A DNA stretch of 64,000 nt from positions 8,178-72,177 of the forward strand of contig CAWGJO010000025.1 in assembly GCA_963822945.1 (NCBI GenBank). Direction: 5' to 3'. Origin of the DNA: an uncultured Gemmatimonadaceae bacterium (GTDB lineage: Bacteria; Gemmatimonadota; Gemmatimonadetes; Gemmatimonadales; Gemmatimonadaceae). How positions within the stretch are numbered: position 1 is the stretch's first letter; each line of letters opens with the position of its first letter. Below are positions 10,752 to 22,748 of the stretch, piece after piece. The translations under genes were made by a program, and so were the position numbers. Below the pieces are notes generated by a model, which worked only from the letters and a program-made list of their open reading frames with translations, searched no databases and was not told the origin of the DNA.

Positions 10752-11796
10752 TCAGTCGAGCAGGTCGGTGAGCAGCTGGGAAGTGTGCGACACGAGGGCG
10801 ATGACCTTGTCGTACGGCATGCGCGTGGGACCGATGACGCCGATCACGCCGCCCAACGTGCCGGCGTGATACTCGGCCGTCACCACCGTGAAATCCTCGA
10901 GTCGCGGATCGGAATGTTCCTTGCCGATCGTGATCGTGAGACCCGGCGCCTGCGGCCGCGCGCGCAGCGCGTCGGCCAGCGTCTGGGGACTCTGCGTGAA
11001 ATCGAGCAGACGGCGCATCCGGTCGGCCGCCGAGAACTCGGGCTGCTCGGCGAGCACCGAGGCCTGGCCCAGCACCACCGTTCCCTCGGCCAGCGGAAGC
11101 GAGGCGTCGAACAGTACCCCGGCGTCCTGCACGAAGATGTTCAGCAATTCGCGCGCTTCGGCGCGCGGCCACCGTGTCGCGCAGCCGCGCGCCCACGGAC
11201 GTGCTGATCTGCTCGAGGGTCAAGCCGGCCAGCCGCTCGTTGAGCACCGCCGTGACTTCAGCCAGCACGCCGTCGGCGATCTCGCCCGCCACTTCCACGA
11301 ACACCGTGCGCGCCACGCCGCCCTCGAGCTGCAGCACCATGAGCAGCCGCTCGCTGCTCACGCGCACGAGGTCGAGACTGCGCAGTACGGTCTTGCCGAG
11401 CGCCGGCCCGAGCGCCACGCCCAGTTCCTGCGCCAGCACGCCGAGGCTCTGCGCCGCGCGCCGGAGAATGGTCTCGATGGGCGAGTCGGCCCGTCCGATC
11501 TCCTCGACCAGCCGCCCATGCTCCGCCACCACCGCGGGCCCGCGCGCGAGCAGCGAATCCACGAACGCGCGGTACGCCTTGTTCGTGGGCACGCGCCCGG
11601 CCGAGGTGTGCGGGTGGGCCAGGAACCCCTTCTCTTCGAGGTCGCTCATCGTGTTCCGGATGGTCGCCGGCGACACGCCCAACTCGAATCGACGCGACAG
11701 CGTCCGCGACCCCGCCGGTTCGGCAGTTTCGACGTACGTCTGGATCACGGCTTCGAGCACCGTTCGTTCGCGGTTGGTGAGCTGTTCAGCGGCCAT
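10752..11796 (-). CDS. hrcA: Heat-inducible transcription repressor HrcA, +1 frameshift at ~11165
   Basis: SPATIRNTMSDLE...HTSAGRVPT at the N-terminus; GVIGPTRMPY C-terminus in the adjacent frame. Confidence 0.93.
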
Positions 11797-11803
11797 AAGT
11801 TCA

Positions 11804-11833
11804 AATCTAGTAACGACTTCGAATGCCGGTCAA
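11804..11833 (-). promoter_or_regulatory. sigma70-type promoter of hrcA, inside the hemW 3' end
   Basis: TTGACC-18 nt-TAGATT, ending 7 nt before the hrcA ATG. Confidence 0.6.
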
Positions 11834-12929
11834 GTATTGCGTGAGGGCGTCCAGCCGCAACCAGCCAAGCGGCGTCAGCCGCAGCGTCCCATGTGTGTCG
11901 ATCGTCGCCCACCCGGCATCCAGCCATGGTTGCAGTCTGGCCGCCTCTCCCGGGAGCAGGTGCAAGCCACGTGCCGTCCGCAAGCCAAGATACGCGGCCT
12001 CCAGCGCCCGGGATTCCGACGTCAGCCGTTCGTCGCCCTCCAGGGGATCGTCGCCGGCACCCACGGCTGCCAACCAGGCCGAATAGGCCGACAGATTCCA
12101 ACGCCGCGTCTGGCCGTCGAACGCATGCGCCGAGGGCCCCACGGCGGCATACGCAACGCCCTGCCAGTAGGCGGAGTTGTGGCGGGCCTCGTGACCCGGC
12201 CGGGCGTAGTTCGACACTTCGTAGTGTTCGAATCCGGCTGCGGCCAGCGACTCGTGCGCCTGCAGGAATTCGCGCTCGTACCGCGACTCGGGCGCCTCCT
12301 GCACGGTACCCCGGTCGCGCCAGCGGGCCACCGGGGTCGCCGGCTCGACGGTCAGCCCGTACAGCGACAGGTGCTCCGGCGCGAGCGCAATTGCCGCGTG
12401 CAGATCGCGCGCCCAATCCCGCTCCAGGGCGTCGGGCAGCGCGAAGATCAGATCGAGCGAGAGATCCGCGAAGCCCGCCGGCACGCGCAACGTCCACGGC
12501 GCGGCCGATCGCCGCCGCATCGTGCGTGCGGTGCATCCAGGCCAGCACGCGGTCGTCGAACGACTGCGCGCCGAGCGACAGCCGGTTCACCCCCGCCTCG
12601 CGCCATGCGCGCGCCGCCTCCGCCGACACGTCCTCGGGATTGGCCTCGAGCGTCACCTCGGCGTCGGCCGGCAGCGACGCCCGGGTGCGCACGACGTCGA
12701 GCAGGCGCGCCACGCCGGCGCCGCCGAGTTTGGACGGCGTTCCGCCACCGAGATAGAGCGTGTCCAGTGCCCACGGTCGCTCGCCCGCATGTCGCCGTTG
12801 CAGTTCGCGGTCGACGGCGGAGACGTAGTCGTCCACCGGGACCACCGAGCGCACGGCGATCGAGAAATCGCAGTACGAGCAGCGCCGGGCGCAGAAGGGC
12901 ACGTGGACGTAGAGGTGGCGTGGCGGCAC
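11807..12929 (-). CDS. hemW: Radical SAM heme chaperone HemW (HemN-like), +1 frameshift at ~12480
   Basis: LYVHVPFCARRCSYCDF, GGGTPS and EANP motifs; HYEVSNYA...HNSAYW in the adjacent frame; upstream of hrcA. Confidence 0.92.
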
Positions 12930-12973
12930 GATGGAATATACGGGGACGGGTTCGGATCTCGTCGGCGCCGCGC

Positions 12974-15658
<2,685 letters not shown>

Positions 15659-15694
15659 GATTGCGACGCGGGCGTCATCACTTTCACAGCCTCG

Positions 15695-16684
15695 TCAGTT
15701 GCCGGGGTGGATTTCACCGACCACCTCCCCGCGCGTATTCACGATCTGCCGTCGCAGCAGATTCTCGAGGCGCGCCGGGAGCTTGGCCGGCAACACGTCC
15801 AACAGTTGCAGCGCGCGCAGCAGTGCCGGGTACTGCGCCCGCGCCGCCCCGTCCTCCACCTTGATGGCGACGCCGATGCCCTGCTCCAGGCAGACCGCGG
15901 AATGCACCCCTTCCGCGCCCACCTTCGAGATCACGCGGCCGTCGGTCTCCTCGATCAGAATCGTATCGAACCGATCGGTGCCGCCGACCAGAAACGGGTG
16001 CGCCTGCATGGCGCCGAGCACGCGGCTCGGCCCCGGATCCCCATCGGTGGCCGCCTGCCCAAGCCGAGCATAGCTCGTCGCCATGGCGCGCAGCGGGAGC
16101 GAATACTCCACCACGCCGCAACCGTCCACCGCGCGGCCGATCTCGTCGGCGGCGAGTCCGGTCCACCGGCTCACCGACCCCAGGCATCCCTTCTGCACCT
16201 CGTGCTCGGCGCGATGATAGCCCTCCGTCGGCCAGCCGGCGGTCTGGGCCCGGGCGAGCATGGCCGCATGTTTGCCCGAACAGTTGTTGTGCAGCCGCGT
16301 CGGTGCGGCGCCCGACGCGCGCAGCAGTTCGGCACCGCGGGGCGTGAGCGGCTCGTGCGGCCCACAGGCGAGATCCCGCTCGCCGAGCCCGAGGCTCGCC
16401 AACATCCCCGCGGCGACGGCCACGTGTTCCGGTTCGCCGCCATGCGACGCACAGCTCAGCGCCACCTGTTCGTCGTTCCATCCCACCGCGTCGAAGCCCC
16501 CGGCGTCGGCAAATGGCATCACCTGGAACGGCTTGGCGCACGAGCGCCAGTGGGATACCCACGCCGCCTCGCGCGCGCGGCCCACCAGCCGCCCCGACGG
16601 TTCCACCGCGGCGGCATGTACGCGGTGCACCGCTTCCACGCTCTCGCCGCGTGTGACCACGACGTCCAACTGCATCTCGTTCAT
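15695..16684 (-). CDS. L-asparaginase, Rhizobium etli-type (class 3)
   Basis: RSCAKPFQ, CASHGGE, NNCSGKHA, DGCG and KVGAEG motifs. Confidence 0.88.
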   Translation of the reverse strand: MNEMQLDVVVTRGESVEAVHRVHAAAVEPSGRLVGRAREAAWVSHWRSCAKPFQVMPFADAGGFDAVGWNDEQVALSCASHGGEPEHVAVAAGMLASLGLGERDLACGPHEPLTPRGAELLRASGAAPTRLHNNCSGKHAAMLARAQTAGWPTEGYHRAEHEVQKGCLGSVSRWTGLAADEIGRAVDGCGVVEYSLPLRAMATSYARLGQAATDGDPGPSRVLGAMQAHPFLVGGTDRFDTILIEETDGRVISKVGAEGVHSAVCLEQGIGVAIKVEDGAARAQYPALLRALQLLDVLPAKLPARLENLLRRQIVNTRGEVVGEIHPGN

Positions 16685-16763
16685 GCGGGCAGGCTCTCGA
16701 CTCGCTCGGGAACTGGGGGGAGAGAACGCCGAAAGATAACGTGCCGCCCGGGGCGGACCGCGG

Positions 16764-17660
16764 TCATTCGGTCAGCGGTACGTCGCGCGTGGCTCGCGTC
16801 GCGCGCGCGATGCCGTAGATGATGAACGCGCCGCCGACCACCGTGCCCCAATTCGGCAGTTCCCGGATGCCCGGGAGCGCGGCGGCGAGAATCGTCGCTC
16901 CCACCGGTTCGCCGAGCAGCGCGAGATTGACGACGTATGCCGGCACATACCGCAGGGCGTAGTTGAACCCGGTGTGCCCAAGAAGCATCGGTCCCAGCGC
17001 GAGCGCCGCGAAGATGGCCCATTCGCGCGGGGGCTGCGGGAGGAGCGCCACGTGGGTGCCAAGCGCCGCCAGCACCAGCACCGCGAAACAGGCGCCGTAG
17101 ACCACCGCGACGTATGGCCACAGATCCAGCGTGGCGCGCAGCTTCCGGCCGGCCACGAAGTAGCAGGCCCCCGCAATCGCTCCCACGAACGCCAGCCCGT
17201 CGCCGAGCAGCGCGCGCCCGCCCAGGCCCGCTCCCTCGCGCATCAGATCGGGAAGCGTGACGACCACGGCGCCGGCCATCGCGATCGCAATGCCGCTCCA
17301 TTGCCGGCGCGTCGGGTGCTCATGCAGCCAGAGGATCGAGAGCACGCCGACGATCGCCGGCTGCATGTCCACCAGCACCACCGATGCCGAGACGGTCGTG
17401 AGGTTGAGCGACGCGTTCCACGACCAGAAGTGGATGGCGAGCATCGCGCCCGCGCCGACGGCGACGGCGAAGTCACGCCGGTGCAGCCGGCCCAACTGGC
17501 GCCAGGTTCCGGTGAGCGCCAGCGCGATGGCCACGATGACGAGCGAGAATCCCATCCGGCCGGCGGCGACGGTCAGCGCCGGTGCCCCGGACAGCCGCGT
17601 GAGCGGACCGGCCAGCGAGATGCCGAAGATGGCGAAGGCGAGAACGACGGTAGGGGACAC
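16764..17660 (-). CDS. DMT/EamA family transporter
   Basis: About 10 hydrophobic segments, two EamA-like repeats (LAIHFWSW; GHTGFNYAL...GEPVGA); start uncertain. Confidence 0.88.
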   Translation of the reverse strand: MSPTVVLAFAIFGISLAGPLTRLSGAPALTVAAGRMGFSLVIVAIALALTGTWRQLGRLHRRDFAVAVGAGAMLAIHFWSWNASLNLTTVSASVVLVDMQPAIVGVLSILWLHEHPTRRQWSGIAIAMAGAVVVTLPDLMREGAGLGGRALLGDGLAFVGAIAGACYFVAGRKLRATLDLWPYVAVVYGACFAVLVLAALGTHVALLPQPPREWAIFAALALGPMLLGHTGFNYALRYVPAYVVNLALLGEPVGATILAAALPGIRELPNWGTVVGGAFIIYGIARATRATRDVPLTE

Positions 17661-17796
17661 GGATACCCGGGACGGCGGTGGACGGCGGACGGGTAACGGT
17701 AGCCGGACCCAACACCGGGCGACAGGTCGGATCGAGTCACGGTTGGCCCTTGGCAAACGGCAACGGCGTGGCGACTGGCAACCGCCACCTACAGGC

Positions 17797-17838
17797 GTCA
17801 GTCTCCGGCTGTCAGTCATCAGCCGTCAGTTGTCCGTC
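17797..17838. repeat. Degenerate heptamer tandem array
   Basis: GTCAGTC TCCGGCT GTCAGTC ATCAGCC GTCAGTT GTCCGTC in the intergenic DNA between divergent genes. Confidence 0.6.
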
Positions 17839-17867
17839 GGTTGGCGCCGGTGGTAGGTTTCCTTCCC

Positions 17868-18884
17868 ATGCCCCAGACCATGACCCGGGACCGCCTGACG
17901 GCCCTGCTCGACGCCGCCAGGCAGCAGCGACTGGCCGTGATCGGCGACGCGATGCTGGATGTCTACCTGGTGGGCGACGTGGACCGCATCTCCCCCGAGG
18001 CGCCGGTGCCCGTGGTCCGGGTGCGCGAGCGGCGATATGCGCTCGGCGGTGCCGCCAACGTGGCGCAGAACGTCGCCGCGATGGGGGCGCAGAGTCTACT
18101 CGTGGGCGCGGTGGGCACCGACGCCGGCGGCGCGACCCTGCGCAACATGCTCGACGAGATGTCGGTGGAGTCGGACCACCTCGTGGAAGTGGACCGGCCG
18201 ACGACCACCAAGACTCGTGTGCTCGCCCGCTCGCAGCAGCTCGTCCGCGTGGACGAGGAAGACGACGCCGACTTCTCGGCCGGCGAGATCGAGAAGCTGC
18301 TGGAGGCCGTGCACAGCGCCATCGCCCAGGCCGACGCGCTGGTGCTCGAGGACTACAACAAGGGCGTGCTGGTGGCCGAGGTGATCGCCAAGTCCATCGG
18401 CTGGGCCCGCGAGCGCGGAATCCCGATCGTCGTGGACCCGAAGTACCGCAACTTCTTCGCCTATCGCGGGGCCACGGTGTTCAAGCCGAATCGCCGCGAA
18501 CTCGAAGCCGCGCTCGGCGCCGCCATCAACCTGGACCATCCGGAGGCGCTTCCGGCGACCTTCGCCCGGTTGGGGGTGGACCACCTGCTGCTCACGCTCG
18601 GCGAGCGTGGCATGGCGTTGCTCTCGCAGGACGGGTCGGTGGTGCGGATTCCGACCATGGCCCGCGAGGTCTACGACGTGGTGGGCGCCGGCGACACCGT
18701 GACGGCCTATCTCGGCGCTACGCTCGCCGCCGGCGCCACGGCCAGGGAGGCGGCGGTGATCGCGAACTTCGCGGCGGGCATCGAGGTCGGCAAGCTCGGC
18801 GCCGCGACGGTGACGCCGGCCGAGATCGTGGCGTCTTACGACGACTTCGTGGCGCGGCAGAACGCGCAGGCGCACGTCGGGTAG
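17868..18884 (+). CDS. rfaE1: D-glycero-beta-D-manno-heptose-7-phosphate kinase (stand-alone RfaE domain I)
   Basis: GDAMLD, RISPEAPVPV, GGAANVA, DYNKG and DVVGAGDT motifs. Confidence 0.93.
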   Translation: MPQTMTRDRLTALLDAARQQRLAVIGDAMLDVYLVGDVDRISPEAPVPVVRVRERRYALGGAANVAQNVAAMGAQSLLVGAVGTDAGGATLRNMLDEMSVESDHLVEVDRPTTTKTRVLARSQQLVRVDEEDDADFSAGEIEKLLEAVHSAIAQADALVLEDYNKGVLVAEVIAKSIGWARERGIPIVVDPKYRNFFAYRGATVFKPNRRELEAALGAAINLDHPEALPATFARLGVDHLLLTLGERGMALLSQDGSVVRIPTMAREVYDVVGAGDTVTAYLGATLAAGATAREAAVIANFAAGIEVGKLGAATVTPAEIVASYDDFVARQNAQAHVG

Positions 18885-18956
18885 CGCCGCGCGCCGGGGA
18901 CGGCGGTGCCGCTTGCGGACGCCCGCCTCGGCCGATAACTAGAAGGCGCGTTACCC

Positions 18957-19030
18957 GGGGCCTTAGCTCAGTCGGTTAGAGCAGTGGACTCATAATCCAA
19001 CGGTCGCAGGTTCGAATCCTGCAGGCCCCA
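18957..19030 (+). tRNA. tRNA with CAT anticodon, probably tRNA-Ile2 (lysidine type); CCA not encoded
   Basis: Acceptor GGGGCCT/AGGCCCC, D arm TAGCTCAGTCGGTTAGAGC, anticodon loop CTCATAA, T loop GGTTCGAATCC. Overall pattern resembles Ile2 more than fMet or elongator Met; isotype is less certain than the tRNA call. Confidence 0.92.
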
Positions 19031-19111
19031 CTCGTCCGGCCGCTCCGCCGGGGCTACCACCGCCCCCGGGGCGCCGTTAGGTTTTCCACTCTGCGCCGCT
19101 CGGCGCTTCCA

Positions 19112-19185
19112 GGTCGCGTAGCTCAGCTGGTTAGAGCGCTGCTTTCACACAGCAGAGGTCCACGGTTCGAGCCCGTGCGCGACCA
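19112..19185 (+). tRNA. tRNA-Val(CAC); CCA not encoded
   Basis: Acceptor GGTCGCG/CGCGACC, anticodon arm CTGCT-TTCACAC-AGCAG, T loop GGTTCGAGCC. Confidence 0.95.
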
Positions 19186-19238
19186 TCACGGAACGGGGTG
19201 CCCGATTGGGCACCCCGTTGGCCGTTGCGCCGAGTCCC

Positions 19239-20942
19239 ATGGCCGAGTTCGTCCCGAAGATCGTCACGGTCCTGCGCGGCTACACCCGCGAGCAGTTCAG
19301 CGCGGACCTCATCGCCGGCGTCATCGTCGGCATCGTCGCCATCCCCCTGGCCATCGCGTTCGCCATCGCCAGCGGGGTGTCCCCCGGCGCGGGGCTGTAC
19401 ACCGCGATCGTCGCCGGCTTCCTGGTCAGTGCGCTCGGCGGATCGCGGGTGCTCATCGGCGGGCCGACGGGCGCGTTCGTCGTCATCGTCTACGGCATCG
19501 TCCAGAAGTACGGCATCGACGGACTGACCGTCGCCACGCTGATGGCGGGGGTGATCCTCGTCATCATGGGGTTCGCCCGGCTCGGCGGCGCCATCAAGTT
19601 CATCCCACACCCCGTGGTGACGGGATTCACCAGCGGCATCGCGGTCATCATCTTCTCCGGCGAGGTGAAGGACTTCCTCGGCCTGAAGATGGGCGCCGTC
19701 CCCGCCGACTTCCTGCACAAGTGGGGCGCGTTCGCTACGCACTTCGGCACGGCGGACCTGACCACCACCGGCATCGCGCTCTTCTCGCTCGCCGTCATCC
19801 TCGTCTGGCCGCGCATCAACCGGCGGGTGCCCGGGGCGTTCGTGGCGCTCATCGTGGCCACCGTGCTCGTGCGCGCATTCCACCTGCCCGTGGAGACCAT
19901 CGGCTCTCGCTTCGGTGGGATCAGCGCGTCGCTCCCCCACCCCGTGCTCCCGCACGTCACGCTGTCCGAGGTGCAGGGGTTGGTGGCGCCCGCATTCACC
20001 ATCGCGATTCTGGCGGCCGTGGAATCGCTGCTCGCTGCGGTCGTGTCGGACGGCATGATCGGCGGCCGACACCGCTCGAACATGGAGTTGGTGGCCCAGG
20101 GGGTTGCCAATATCGCCTCCCCACTGTTCGGCGGCATGCCCGCCACCGGCGCCATTGCCCGTACGGCCACCAGCATCAAGAACGGCGGCCGCACGCCGGT
20201 GGCCGGCATCGTGCATGCGGTCACGCTGCTGCTCATCACGCTCGCGTTCGGGCGCTGGGCGGCGCTGGTGCCGCTGCCCACGCTGGCGGCCATTCTCGTG
20301 GTCGTCGCCTACCACATGAGCGAGTGGCGGACGTTCCGCGCCGAGCTGCGCGCGCCGAAGAGCGACGTCGCCGTGTTGCTGGCCACCTTCGGACTGACCG
20401 TGCTGGTGGACCTCACCGTGGCCATCGAGGTCGGCATGGTGCTGGCGGCGTTCCTGTTCATGCGCCGCATGTCCGAGGTCACGAGCGTCAGCGCGGTCAC
20501 CCGCGAATTCTCGGACACCGAGTCGGAGGATGAACTCGGCGAGACCGCGGGGAGTGCGGGAGGACGCATCCCGCCGGGCGTACAGATCTACGAGATCAAC
20601 GGCCCCTTCTTCTTCGGGGCCGCCGAACGGTTCAAGGATGCGCTCACGGTGGTGAGCGAAGCACCCAAGGTGCTGATCCTCCGCATGCGGCACGTGTCGG
20701 CCATGGACTCCACGGGGATGCATGCGCTCCGGGCGCTCGTCCGCCGCTCCCGAGCCGACGGCACGCTCGTGCTGCTGTCCGGCGTGCATATGCAGCCGCT
20801 CGTGGCGCTGCGGCGCTCCGGCATGCTGGACGACATCGGCGAGGACACGCTCTGCGACAACCTGGAGATCGCCCTGCGCCGCGCCCGCGCGCATCTGGGG
20901 CTCGGGCCACAGAGCGCCCCCGACCAGCCGTCGCTCTTCTAG
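19239..20942 (+). CDS. SulP/SLC26 anion permease with STAS domain
   Basis: DLIAGVIVGIVAIPLAIAFAIASG, GGPTGAF and GAIART motifs; C-terminal GPFFFG...DSTG STAS domain. Confidence 0.95.
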   Translation: MAEFVPKIVTVLRGYTREQFSADLIAGVIVGIVAIPLAIAFAIASGVSPGAGLYTAIVAGFLVSALGGSRVLIGGPTGAFVVIVYGIVQKYGIDGLTVATLMAGVILVIMGFARLGGAIKFIPHPVVTGFTSGIAVIIFSGEVKDFLGLKMGAVPADFLHKWGAFATHFGTADLTTTGIALFSLAVILVWPRINRRVPGAFVALIVATVLVRAFHLPVETIGSRFGGISASLPHPVLPHVTLSEVQGLVAPAFTIAILAAVESLLAAVVSDGMIGGRHRSNMELVAQGVANIASPLFGGMPATGAIARTATSIKNGGRTPVAGIVHAVTLLLITLAFGRWAALVPLPTLAAILVVVAYHMSEWRTFRAELRAPKSDVAVLLATFGLTVLVDLTVAIEVGMVLAAFLFMRRMSEVTSVSAVTREFSDTESEDELGETAGSAGGRIPPGVQIYEINGPFFFGAAERFKDALTVVSEAPKVLILRMRHVSAMDSTGMHALRALVRRSRADGTLVLLSGVHMQPLVALRRSGMLDDIGEDTLCDNLEIALRRARAHLGLGPQSAPDQPSLF

Positions 20943-20946
20943 CCCG

Positions 20947-22246
20947 TCAGACCGGCACCACCTCGGCGCCGGCGCTCCGCAGCCGGCCGGCCAACGCGTC
21001 GTCCACCCGCGCGTGCACGATCATCCAGTCGCCGTCCGTGCGCTGGTCCACCACCTCGCCGTCGCGATGGATGGACGCCAGCAGGCGGCCGTCGGATGGG
21101 GAGAGCCGGATCTCGGACAGCGGCCGGCGCGCGCGGATGGCCGCCTGCAGCGCGCGGCGCAGCGGGGCCAGTCCGCCCTCCGCCTTCGCGGACACGAAGA
21201 TGGCGTCGCGCTCCATCGCGGTCACGCGCGCCTGCAGCGCGAGCAACTCCTCGGTCGACAGCGCGTCGATCTTGTTGAACACGAGCAGCACCGGCGCCTC
21301 CTGCAAGCCGAGCTCTTCGAGCACCTCGTCCACCACCTGGCGCTGGTCCTCCCACATCGGATGGCTCGCGTCCACCACGTGAAGCAGCAGGTCGGCGTCG
21401 CGCGTCTCTTCCAGCGTTGCGCGGAACGACGCCACCAGATGGTGGGGCAACTTGCGGATGAACCCCACCGTGTCGGTGACCAGCGCCCGCGTGTTCTCGC
21501 CCAGGTCCACTTCGCGCGTCAGCGGATCGAGCGTGGCGAACAGCCGGTCCTCGACGAACACGTCCGGCGCGTCGGCGAGGCCGCGCAGGATCGACGACTT
21601 GCCCGCGTTGGTGTAGCCCACCAGCGACGCTTTGAACGTGCCCTGGCGCGACTGCCGCTGCACGGCGCGCGCCTTCATGACCTCGCGGAGCCGCTCGCGC
21701 AGCAACTTGATGCGATGGTTGATCAGTCGGCGGTCGGTCTCGAGCTGCGTTTCGCCCGGCCCCCGCACCCCGATGCCGCCGCGGAACTTCTCCAGGTGCG
21801 TCCACATGCGCGTGAGCCGCGGGAGCATGTATTCCAGCTGCGCCAACTCCACCTGCATCTTCGCCTCCGACGAACGCGCCCGCGTGGCGAAGATGTCGAG
21901 GATCAACTCGGCCCGGTCCACCACGCGCTGCCCGATGGCGTCTTCGATGTTCTTGCCCTGCGACGGCGAGAGTTCGTCGTCGAAGATCACCAGCGTGGCC
22001 CCGGTCTCGATCACCTTGGCCCGCAGCGCGTCGAGCTTGCCCGACCCGAGGTAGGTGGCCGGGTTGCGGACGGTCGATCTGTTGCGTCAGTTCCCCGACG
22101 ATGGTGGCCCCCGCCGTGTCGGCCAGGCGCTCGAGTTCGCGCAGGTGTTCCTCCAGCATCCGCCGGGCGCCGGCCCGCTTGATCGGCGCGCCGACCAGCA
22201 GCGCGCGGTCAGCAGGCGGAGTGACGGTAATCAGGTCGCGTGTGAT
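20947..22246 (-). CDS. hflX: GTPase HflX, +1 frameshift at ~22066; probable ATC start
   Basis: ELERLADTAG, LSPSQGKN, GPGETQLE, GYTNAGKSS, LFATLDP, DTVGF and NKID motifs. Confidence 0.94.
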
Positions 22247-22258
22247 GCAGGCCTCCGC

Positions 22259-22741
22259 TCAGCGGATTCGGGAGTTTATCGTGGAAAAGGTGCCGGTCGT
22301 CGTGAAGGGAAAGGTGTGGCTGCCGATCGGCGTGTCCACCGTGAGGTCGCCGAGCACCGTGTACTTCACCGCGCCGGTCTGCATGAGCTGGCGCGCGGCC
22401 GCGCCCACCCCGGCGTAGGTGAACTGCACCGGAATGTGCACCGTGGTCGTATCCCCGGCCTGGAATTGATTCCGGTCGCTCAGCGTGCCGTCCGCCACGG
22501 GCAGCGAGTCCACGTTCACCCGGTAGTGCATCTGCGTGGCGTCCAGCCGGTATCCGTTGGGGTTGTAGACGCGCAACACGACGTCCAGGTTGCCACCCGC
22601 GATGCCGAGCCCCGTCAACCGCACGTCCTGCAGTTCGACCGCCGGCTGTTTGAAGATCTGCCGACCGATCGTCGAGCAGCCGCCCACGAGTGCGAGCGCC
22701 GCCGCTGTCACGACCCACCGCTTCAGAATTTGTGTGCGCAC
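22259..22741 (-). CDS. LEA type 2/WHy domain lipoprotein
   Basis: Lipobox LVGGC; LRVYNPN motif; beta-rich. Confidence 0.8.
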   Translation of the reverse strand: MRTQILKRWVVTAAALALVGGCSTIGRQIFKQPAVELQDVRLTGLGIAGGNLDVVLRVYNPNGYRLDATQMHYRVNVDSLPVADGTLSDRNQFQAGDTTTVHIPVQFTYAGVGAAARQLMQTGAVKYTVLGDLTVDTPIGSHTFPFTTTGTFSTINSRIR

Positions 22742-22748
22742 GGATTCG

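Noticed and set aside
11804..11833. CIRCE element at the hrcA promoter (CCGGCATTC half-site), and TAGCACTT near 51174-51181
   Set aside because: Only weak single half-sites; no TTAGCACTC-N9-GAGTGCTAA inverted repeat.
19112..20942. Genomic island integrated at tRNA-Val carrying the SulP gene
   Set aside because: No integrase, no duplicated tRNA 3' end seen, and composition matches the flanks.
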